From the NCBI GenBank assembly GCA_002504725.1, contig DATN01000008.1, forward strand, positions 62,851 through 94,850: a stretch of 32,000 nt of DNA, read 5' to 3'. The translations under genes and the position numbers were made by a program. Positions 20,531 through 27,214 of this stretch are shown here, one piece after another; position 1 is the stretch's first letter; each line of letters opens with the position of its first letter. The stretch comes from Methanobacteriaceae archaeon UBA587. Its GTDB lineage: Archaea; Methanobacteriota; Methanobacteria; Methanobacteriales; Methanobacteriaceae. The notes under the pieces are model-generated. The model worked only from the letters and a program-made list of their open reading frames with translations, was not told where the DNA came from and ran no database searches.

Positions 20531-20897
20531 TGTTATAATAGCCTCAAAGAGAGATATTATGGTTTCAGAAAGGGATTTAAACAGAATATTCGATGATTAT
20601 AATGAAATAATGATTTTTGCATCGTCAAATAGGCAGAAAATAAGTTTGATTGAGGAAAAAACTAATTTTAAAAATACTGAAGAGTTTATGCATCTCATGG
20701 ATTTCATGCAGTTCCAGGTTGCTAAAATTGATTCTGTTTTAGGGATTATTGATGATTTACTATCTGATTACCATCAGATGGCTATTGAAATTGAACCTCA
20801 TGAGTTGAATGGCATGGAACATGATCTAGAAGTCGTTAAAAAGGAATATGTTTCTATTTTAGATCATTGGAGTGATTATGGACAAACTTTTTATTAA
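20523..20897 (+). CDS. hypothetical small helical protein, translationally coupled to the HD protein
   Basis: 124-aa ORF whose ATG overlaps the HD gene end (ATCGATGAATAA, 8-nt overlap). No recognisable motif. Confidence 0.45.
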   Translation: MNNVIIASKRDIMVSERDLNRIFDDYNEIMIFASSNRQKISLIEEKTNFKNTEEFMHLMDFMQFQVAKIDSVLGIIDDLLSDYHQMAIEIEPHELNGMEHDLEVVKKEYVSILDHWSDYGQTFY

Positions 20898-21071
20898 CCT
20901 TATTATATTTTATTTTTAAAAATAAGATTGGAATTCATTTAATTATCAAATTAATTTTATTAGAGGGTTATATATTTTTCTTAAAGTTTAATAATTCTTA
21001 ATTCCCGCTAAATATATCTTATTTTAGTTTTTTCTTTTTTCAAAATATAATTTAGTATTACTATTTTTTTA

Positions 21072-21113
21072 TTAGTATTACAAAAGACCGGGATTTACAC
21101 TGAAAAGTAATAA
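21072..21113 (+). repeat. R1: 42-nt direct repeat copy upstream of the surface locus
   Basis: TTAGTATTACAAAAGACCGGGATTTACACTGAAAAGTAATAA. It matches 37 of 42 positions with 25988-26029 (hand alignment, no gaps). Confidence 0.8.
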
Positions 21114-21172
21114 CACAAAACTAATAAAAAGTATTAAATAGGAATAAAGCCAACCATTTTTTACTAAACGTA

Positions 21173-21559
21173 ATGGAGGTGATAAGTATTAAGAAACAAG
21201 GAATTAAGAGACATATGGTATTACTGAGCTTAACGGTTCTTTTGGCACTGTGTATTTGTGGAGCGGTGTCCGCAGAAGACTTATCAACTACAGGAGGCAA
21301 TGAAACCACTACGGTTGATAATCAGATGGTTGACCCTATTATTGGGATAACTGTGAATTATGAGTATGATTCGGACAAGAACATTAATCCGGAAATAAAG
21401 GTTTACGATACTACTGGTACAAAGATAAATTTCACAAAGACATATTCTGATGCTTTTAAAGCATATCAACTTAGTTTTGATTATTCTGGAGTTGTCAATG
21501 GTACTAAATTCAACATTACAGTTTCAGCACCGGTTATATTACTCAGATGCAGCAGCTGA
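21173..21559 (+). CDS. N-terminal fragment of the large surface protein (signal peptide plus first ~110 aa); the frame breaks near 21530
   Basis: Signal peptide KKQGIKRHMVLLSLTVLLALCICGAVSA/EDL and sequons NET, NFT, NGT, NIT. A full GGAGGTGAT SD at 21175-21183 lies inside the ORF-track start, so initiation may be at ATT 21188 or ATG 21215. Confidence 0.6.
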   Translation: MEVISIKKQGIKRHMVLLSLTVLLALCICGAVSAEDLSTTGGNETTTVDNQMVDPIIGITVNYEYDSDKNINPEIKVYDTTGTKINFTKTYSDAFKAYQLSFDYSGVVNGTKFNITVSAPVILLRCSS

Positions 21560-24195
21560 GTGTTTTCACTTCAGCAACCAATGGTTCTGACCCTAATTAC
21601 TATGGCAATGCGGTCTTCAATATGAAAGCCACGGCAAACTACAAATTAGGAAGGACAGTAACCCAGAAAGCCAACCAGATACTTAACTTCTCTGGTGCAG
21701 ATAGCGTTCTGGTCATAACTACTGCAGGTGTGCCCAAATTGAATGTTGAGACCAGTGAGGACTGTATTGAGGGTATCCTGAATCAGGCCAATGGTTTCAT
21801 AAGCTATGGTAAGGGTAATTTGTTGATGTTACGGCAAACCGCAAATGATCCAGTGGACTTTGCTTTCATAGCTAAGAAAGGAAACACCTTAACCACGGTT
21901 ATATTCAGAAACGGTTCCACAAAACCGGCTTACATTGGCACCATATCTGAGAACATGACTCATGCTCAATGGAACGCCTATGTAAAGAATGTAACCACTG
22001 AAAATGGATTCTCATTTGCCAGCCTGGCCAATGCTTGGGCAGCTGGAGCTCCTAATGATGTATTAAGAGAAGCTGCTTTCCATGGGCACGTCTGTCAAGG
22101 AACACTGGGGGGATACACCATAACCAGGGCATTATTACAGTACTATCCTCCGGTACAAGCTACCATGGGCGGACCTGGATCTCCAGGAGATGTAACTTCC
22201 TATAAAATCCTGGGGGTACCTGGAGACTCTGATGATGATGCAGTAATGTATTTCCTGGATGCTACACCGGGTAAAAGTGGATACGTGGGTTATGATACCA
22301 CTTCTACTGGGGCTACTGTAAGCATGGTGGGATTCATCCGCTGGACCGACACCACCTACAAACTGGTGAACAATACCGACGGAACCCAGTCCTATGTGGT
22401 AAATGTACCGGGAAATGGAACCCTCATAGTAATGAGTTACAATAGAGATGCTAACCAGCAATTATTCATGGCTGAAAAAGGGATAACCACCTTGGGGTCA
22501 CTGGAAGAAATTCAGTTTAATTCATGGATAATTCAGAAAATCTTAACCAACCCTATTAGTCTGGTTAATGTGACCCTGGAATTACAGGGATTGAATGAAA
22601 CTCATTACTACTACCTGGTGGGAACCGCCACTAATATTACGTTCCCTACCACTGCTAATGCCACCAACAAGGGTCAGACCAGATTCAATGCCTCAGAAGC
22701 ACATGGTCTGGATATTGCTTACATCCAGAGTCTGAACCTGCCTAATGCCACCCGTTCCAACAATGTCACTGCCATCGATAACCTGAACTATAATGAAATG
22801 AAGGACATCGGTAAAAGGGCTGCGGAACTGGCAAAACAGATATTCCTAGCCCAGGGTATTGATCTGGAAAAGGATGACATGGACTTAGCTGTTCTGACTT
22901 CTGCAGGTTATGTCTATCTCAACGGACAAACCACCGAAGCAACCTGGGATGGTATTTTTGAAGTTTTAGGTTCCCGTTTAAGTAGGTCTACTCTTCTACC
23001 AATTCATATGGGACTATGGAAACCATTATGGTTTGACTTTGTCCTGAGAGGATTTGATGGAACCACCATGAGTAATGTGTACCTTAGATACAACCCCAAC
23101 AATGATACCTTCTTTATAGGTAACAATACGGCTACTGATGGTAATTTAGTAAATGACATTGGACCTGCTGCTTTAAACAATGCTAGTAAAGTAGGTAATC
23201 TGAGCAAGTACGTTATTCCTGATGGAAACTGGTTCAATATCCAGAGTATTGCCAATGCCTGGAGAAATGACCCATCATTCGACCAGTTGATAACCTTCCT
23301 CTTCCACGACCACGCCTGTCCGGGAGTACAGCCCGGATTCTTTATAACGGACTATATCTTCCAAAACTATCCATTAAGTGGCAATCAGAGCTACTTCTGG
23401 ATGGCATCCAGTATCTACTGTAAGGACGACAGTCTGGTCTACTTACTGGGCGTTTCTCCTGGAATGGGAAGCTATATGAACCAAAGACTCACTGGTGAAG
23501 AAACTTCCTCTGAATATCTGCCTGGCGGAACTGAGGAAGGAGTGATAGTAGTCTGGGATCCAGATACCAACACGGGAAAGGCAGCCATAATAAGTTTCAA
23601 ATGGCCTACCTATAACTTAGCAGGTCTCACTACCAGTGAAGCTCAAAGGGAAGCCATGATATCTGCATTTGTAGCTCTTTACAAAGGACAAAACAGTCCC
23701 TATATTGCGACTCCCCTGAGTATTGTTACTTCTGAAGAGAAGTATATCACTAAAGAAGAATTCGACCTTATTAAACAGGGTGGAACTGCTTCTGCAAGTG
23801 CTTTAGCTTTCCTAAAGGGTTTACCAGTACGATCCTTATCTGATCTGATACCTGCTGTTGATGATGGTTCAGATGATGGTAATGATGATGGTAATGATGA
23901 TGGAAGCAATGATGGATCCAACAATGGTGGTTCTCATAATGGAGGATCTCACTCTAATGGAGGTGCATCTGTTGGTGAAAGTTCTGTAGCGGTTTCTGCA
24001 GCTTCTGAAACTACCGAAGCTGGTGATGATTCCTCTTCATCTGGTAAAAAAGCCTACGAGGTTACCAAAAATAACAGCAACACTTCTAGTGGAGATAACA
24101 TGGGCTGGTATATTTATGGTCTGATTGGTATCTTTGCTCTGGGTGGATTAGTTGGATTTGGTTTCCTGCGAGGAGGACTCGGTGGAAAAGTATAA
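21547..24195 (+). CDS. large sequon-rich surface protein with two FmdE-like FHxHxCxG modules, a D/G/N/S stalk and a C-terminal TM anchor; probably continuous with 21173-21559
   Basis: 882-aa ORF with ANAWAAGAPNDVLREAAFHGHVCQGTLGGY (22078-22101) and ANAWRNDPSFDQLITFLFHDHACPGVQPGFF (23302-23325). I count about 20 N-x-S/T sequons by eye. C-terminal GWYIYGLIGIFALGGLVGFGFLRGGLGGKV. It has no signal peptide of its own, and its frame is open upstream to 21508. Confidence 0.7.
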   Translation: MQQLSVFTSATNGSDPNYYGNAVFNMKATANYKLGRTVTQKANQILNFSGADSVLVITTAGVPKLNVETSEDCIEGILNQANGFISYGKGNLLMLRQTANDPVDFAFIAKKGNTLTTVIFRNGSTKPAYIGTISENMTHAQWNAYVKNVTTENGFSFASLANAWAAGAPNDVLREAAFHGHVCQGTLGGYTITRALLQYYPPVQATMGGPGSPGDVTSYKILGVPGDSDDDAVMYFLDATPGKSGYVGYDTTSTGATVSMVGFIRWTDTTYKLVNNTDGTQSYVVNVPGNGTLIVMSYNRDANQQLFMAEKGITTLGSLEEIQFNSWIIQKILTNPISLVNVTLELQGLNETHYYYLVGTATNITFPTTANATNKGQTRFNASEAHGLDIAYIQSLNLPNATRSNNVTAIDNLNYNEMKDIGKRAAELAKQIFLAQGIDLEKDDMDLAVLTSAGYVYLNGQTTEATWDGIFEVLGSRLSRSTLLPIHMGLWKPLWFDFVLRGFDGTTMSNVYLRYNPNNDTFFIGNNTATDGNLVNDIGPAALNNASKVGNLSKYVIPDGNWFNIQSIANAWRNDPSFDQLITFLFHDHACPGVQPGFFITDYIFQNYPLSGNQSYFWMASSIYCKDDSLVYLLGVSPGMGSYMNQRLTGEETSSEYLPGGTEEGVIVVWDPDTNTGKAAIISFKWPTYNLAGLTTSEAQREAMISAFVALYKGQNSPYIATPLSIVTSEEKYITKEEFDLIKQGGTASASALAFLKGLPVRSLSDLIPAVDDGSDDGNDDGNDDGSNDGSNNGGSHNGGSHSNGGASVGESSVAVSAASETTEAGDDSSSSGKKAYEVTKNNSNTSSGDNMGWYIYGLIGIFALGGLVGFGFLRGGLGGKV
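23860..23919 (+). repeat. in-frame 12-bp tandem repeat (GATGATGGTNNN x5, last two units degenerate) encoding DDGS/DDGN
   Basis: gatgatggttca gatgatggtaat gatgatggtaat gatgatggaagc aatgatggatcc, read directly. Confidence 0.8.
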
Positions 24196-24223
24196 GTAAA
24201 TCAACATTAGAATCCGGGGTTTT

Positions 24224-24257
24224 TTGCTGGATACTCCAGCAACCCTTTATTTTTTTA
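24224..24257 (+). terminator. perfect 8-bp hairpin (TTGCTGGA tac TCCAGCAA) followed by a T-tract
   Basis: Read directly, 29 nt after the stop of the large ORF, followed by ccctttattttttt. Confidence 0.5.
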
Positions 24258-24327
24258 ATAAAAATTTAATCGTATTAACTACAATCAATTGCCATTTTAA
24301 CTCTTAAAACTAAATGGAGGTGGGAAC

Positions 24328-24756
24328 ATAAAAAAAGAGATCATAATCTTAATAACTGCTTCAATTCTTTTAACCAGCATGGGTGTTGTAGTGGCTCACC
24401 CCGGGCATGGGGATTATTATCCCGATGAGGTGACCTTTAATGATACTTCCAGTGGAAGTTCCAGTGATAATTATGATAAAAATACTAATACTGGATCTGA
24501 TGCTTCTTCTTCGTCATCATCGTCTTCATCTCCCTCTTCTTCGGATACCTCATCTAAAGAATCAGATGAGGGAACTTCCAACACCAGTGCCGATACTGGC
24601 GGTGTAGAAGAAGTAACTGATGTTAATAATTCTACCAACTATCCATCTAAAAATTCTGATAACATGCCTGGGGATATTCTTTCACTAATGGTGGTATTTG
24701 GGATGGGTTTTGGCGCAGTAATTGCTTTATCTAAACTAGGACTATTATCCAAATAA
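24328..24756 (+). CDS. small secreted Ser-rich protein with predicted N-terminal His after signal cleavage and a C-terminal TM anchor (putative AUA start)
   Basis: The ORF track starts at ATG 24379 (MGVVVAHPGHG), which has no SD and leaves no signal peptide. GGAGGTG at 24316-24322 places ATA 24328 at canonical spacing and yields (M)KKEIIILITASILLTSMGVVVA/HPGHGDYYPDE. The frame is open from 24301 with no ATG, GTG or TTG before 24379. Confidence 0.5.
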   Translation: MKKEIIILITASILLTSMGVVVAHPGHGDYYPDEVTFNDTSSGSSSDNYDKNTNTGSDASSSSSSSSSPSSSDTSSKESDEGTSNTSADTGGVEEVTDVNNSTNYPSKNSDNMPGDILSLMVVFGMGFGAVIALSKLGLLSK

Positions 24757-24821
24757 GATGAAGTATATTTCTTCAATTTATATTTTAAATAGAGTTTTAA
24801 TCAAAGGAGGAGGATTTATTC

Positions 24822-25445
24822 TTGCATTTACCTGACGGACTTTTACCTTTAGGGCAATCAATGATTTACTTTATTATAGTACTGATACCCTTGGCTTTAT
24901 ATTTCTTTAAACTTTCTAAAAACGATTCTAAAGAGAAAATAATTGTAAGCACAGGAATACTTTCAGCTGCAGCTATTGCAGGGTCTTCTATATCCATACC
25001 CTCTCCATTCGGGGTTCCCATACACTTTTTTATAATCCCCTTAGCTGCAATATTGGTAGGGCCTTTGAGCGGGGTTATGGTGGCATTTTTATGTCTTTTG
25101 GTGCAGTTCCTATTTTTGGGGATGGGAGGCATCACCTCATTAGGGGCCAATGTCTTTACCATGGGGATAATGATAAGCTGTTCCACCTACTTTTTCTACA
25201 AGCTGACCCTAGATTTAAATGAAAAATTGGCGGTATTCTGTGGTACACTGCTGGGAATAATAATGGGGACCATAACTCAAGTTTTCATATTGGTGTTAGC
25301 AGGTGTGGCCACCTTTGAAATGTTACTGGCTTCATTGATACCATTTTATTTATTCATAGCAGTACTTGAAGGGGCCGTAAATGTTTTCATAATATCTTTT
25401 ATCTCTAAAATTAAACCAGAGATGTTAAAAATGGATAAAATTTGA
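24822..25445 (+). CDS. cbiM: CbiM/NikM-family metal (Co/Ni) transporter substrate-capture membrane protein
   Basis: TTG start after AGGAGGAGGA gives the N-terminus MHLPDGLL, matching the conserved CbiM/NikM M-H-x-x-D-G metal-binding N-terminus. 207 aa, multi-TM. Confidence 0.75.
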   Translation: MHLPDGLLPLGQSMIYFIIVLIPLALYFFKLSKNDSKEKIIVSTGILSAAAIAGSSISIPSPFGVPIHFFIIPLAAILVGPLSGVMVAFLCLLVQFLFLGMGGITSLGANVFTMGIMISCSTYFFYKLTLDLNEKLAVFCGTLLGIIMGTITQVFILVLAGVATFEMLLASLIPFYLFIAVLEGAVNVFIISFISKIKPEMLKMDKI

Positions 25446-25470
25446 ATTATAATCTTAAGGAGACTTTAAA

Positions 25471-25941
25471 GTGAATATTAAATTAATTACTTTTCTAATA
25501 ATTTTTTTTGGAATGATAAATACCGTCCATGCCCACGGTGTGGATGTTACCAATCAATCAGTGATTGTAATTGCGGATAATTCCACTGGAGTCATGGTTA
25601 AAAAACTGGCAAATGAGATGGGCCTCAATGTTTCAGTATACAACTTTAAATCAGCGGCTGATGTTGAACACCAATTAGAGCATGCTCTTTCCGATCCTAA
25701 CAAGAGAATTCTTGCAGTAGCCTATCAGGACACAGTAAATCTATTTATATCTGAAAATCCATCTGTTTCCAATAGAATTTTTGTAAGTTCTGCCAATGAA
25801 ACTGATATTAAAAATGGGTTAATGCTACTGACAGACAATACAAATAGCGGTTTCTTGCTTCCCTTTGCAACTGGTTTGCTGGTGGGGTTGATGGCAGGTC
25901 TGGGTTTAGGTGCCTTCTGGACGAAAAGGAAAAATTCATAA
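25471..25941 (+). CDS. secreted/bitopic protein with predicted N-terminal His and a C-terminal TM anchor, in the position usually held by cbiN
   Basis: GTG start 8 nt after AAGGAG. MNIKLITFLIIFFGMINTVHA/HGVDVTNQS; C-terminal TDNTNSGFLLPFATGLLVGLMAGLGLGAFWTKRKNS. No sequence similarity to CbiN recognised. Confidence 0.5.
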   Translation: MNIKLITFLIIFFGMINTVHAHGVDVTNQSVIVIADNSTGVMVKKLANEMGLNVSVYNFKSAADVEHQLEHALSDPNKRILAVAYQDTVNLFISENPSVSNRIFVSSANETDIKNGLMLLTDNTNSGFLLPFATGLLVGLMAGLGLGAFWTKRKNS

Positions 25942-25987
25942 TATTTTTGTAATTTTTTCCCTTTGCACCTTTTTTCATAACTTTATT

Positions 25988-26029
25988 TTAGTATTAAAAA
26001 AGACCTTGATTTCCAGTGAAAAGTAATAA
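25988..26029 (+). repeat. R2: 42-nt direct repeat copy downstream of the surface locus
   Basis: TTAGTATTAAAAAAGACCTTGATTTCCAGTGAAAAGTAATAA, matching R1 at 37 of 42 positions. Confidence 0.8.
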
Positions 26030-26367
26030 AAAATTACATTAAAAATAAATATTTTTCATTATAGATAGAGGAGCCCATATTGATATATCTCCTCCTACAA
26101 TCATTATAGTATTTATTTTTGATCTATGTGGAAAATGATAACTGCCTTGACTATTAGTGCTATAAAACCATTAAATGATAATTTTCATAAAGGATTCTTT
26201 AAGGAATTAATCAGTAAATTTCTCCCGAAATTTTTGGCTTTAAACAAAAAAGAAAATTGAGTTTTCCTGGAAGTGGATTGAATTTAAAATATGAAATTAG
26301 GGCGGGTGAAATATACATCCCTTTTTTCTAAGCTAGTCCTAATTAACATCAATGTTAAAAGGGATAT

Positions 26368-26949
26368 TTATAAGACGCCTTTGGTACTGGGTATCTGATC
26401 GTGTTCCACCTGCACAGCATCCTTTAATGCCCGGGCTAGAGCCTTAAACAAGGCTTCGATCTGGTGGTGATCATTTTCTCCTTCCACCCGAGCATTGATG
26501 TTTATATGGGCGCTGTGAGCAAATGATTCCAGGAAGTGTTCCACATTTTCTGTGGAAAGATCCCCTACTTGAGGTTTGTGGAAGTTCATGTCCATGATAC
26601 AGTAGCTCCGGCCACTAATATCCACTGCTACGGTGGCCAGTGCCTCGTCCATAGGGACAATTGAGTGGGCTATTCTTTTTATTCCTTTTTTATCTCCCAC
26701 TACTTCTTTAAATACTTCTCCTAATAGTATTCCCACATCTTCCACGGTGTGGTGGTCGTCTACTTCCACATCTCCCTGGGCACGGATTTCCAGATCAAAG
26801 AATCCGTGTCTGGCAAAGGATTCCAGCATATGGTCCAGGAAGTCCACTCCAGTTTCAACAGTATACTGTCCCTTTCCATCCAGGTTTAAAGAAATATCAA
26901 TTTCTGTTTCAGAAGTTTTTCTTTTCTTAGAACTTTCCCTTGGCATCAT
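26368..26949 (-). CDS. hisB: imidazoleglycerol-phosphate dehydratase
   Basis: [33 protein letters not shown] ... [11 protein letters not shown] ... [19 protein letters not shown]. The ORF extends to 26964, and several Met codons at 26946-26964 are possible starts. Confidence 0.9.
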   Translation of the reverse strand: MMPRESSKKRKTSETEIDISLNLDGKGQYTVETGVDFLDHMLESFARHGFFDLEIRAQGDVEVDDHHTVEDVGILLGEVFKEVVGDKKGIKRIAHSIVPMDEALATVAVDISGRSYCIMDMNFHKPQVGDLSTENVEHFLESFAHSAHININARVEGENDHHQIEALFKALARALKDAVQVEHDQIPSTKGVL

Positions 26950-27145
26950 TATCATCTCTAACAATTTTTATGGCTTGTTCGGGACATTTACCCGCACAAA
27001 TAGTGCACTGGTGGCAGAATTCTAGATTATCTGCAACCGCTTTTTTTGATTTCTTGTCAATACTCCAGATCACTCCTCCTTTAGGACAAGCTTCCAGGCA
27101 AGTTCCGCAGCCGGTACATTTATTTTTGTCAACTAGAATTTTCAT
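26927..27145 (-). CDS. 2x[4Fe-4S] ferredoxin
   Basis: 72 aa with [12 protein letters not shown] and [12 protein letters not shown] cluster motifs. Confidence 0.85.
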   Translation of the reverse strand: MKILVDKNKCTGCGTCLEACPKGGVIWSIDKKSKKAVADNLEFCHQCTICAGKCPEQAIKIVRDDNDAKGKF

Positions 27146-27214
27146 AAGTTAACCTCTTCTCATGCTTTGATGATTTTCGATGTTATTTTACCTTTTTTCT
27201 CATATTTCCTTAGA

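Noticed and set aside
21527-21535. Programmed -1 ribosomal frameshift at the break in the large surface gene
   Set aside because: There is no X XXY YYZ slippery heptamer at GCACCGGTT and I saw no obvious downstream stimulatory structure. An indel or assembly error is more parsimonious.
21072-26029. Calling the R1/R2-flanked segment a mobile element or genomic island
   Set aside because: I recognised no integrase, transposase, tRNA target or terminal inverted repeats. The direct repeats alone are insufficient, so the region is reported as a finding rather than annotated as mobile.
26126-26260. 44-codon ORF (MWKMITALTISAIKPLNDNFHKGFFKELISKFLPKFLALNKKEN) downstream of repeat R2
   Set aside because: It has no SD and no recognisable motif. 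I note it only because R2 might mark a promoter-associated element.
26633-27152. Plus-strand ORFs 26633-27025 and 26940-27152
   Set aside because: They are antisense to hisB and the ferredoxin gene, both of which have diagnostic motifs.
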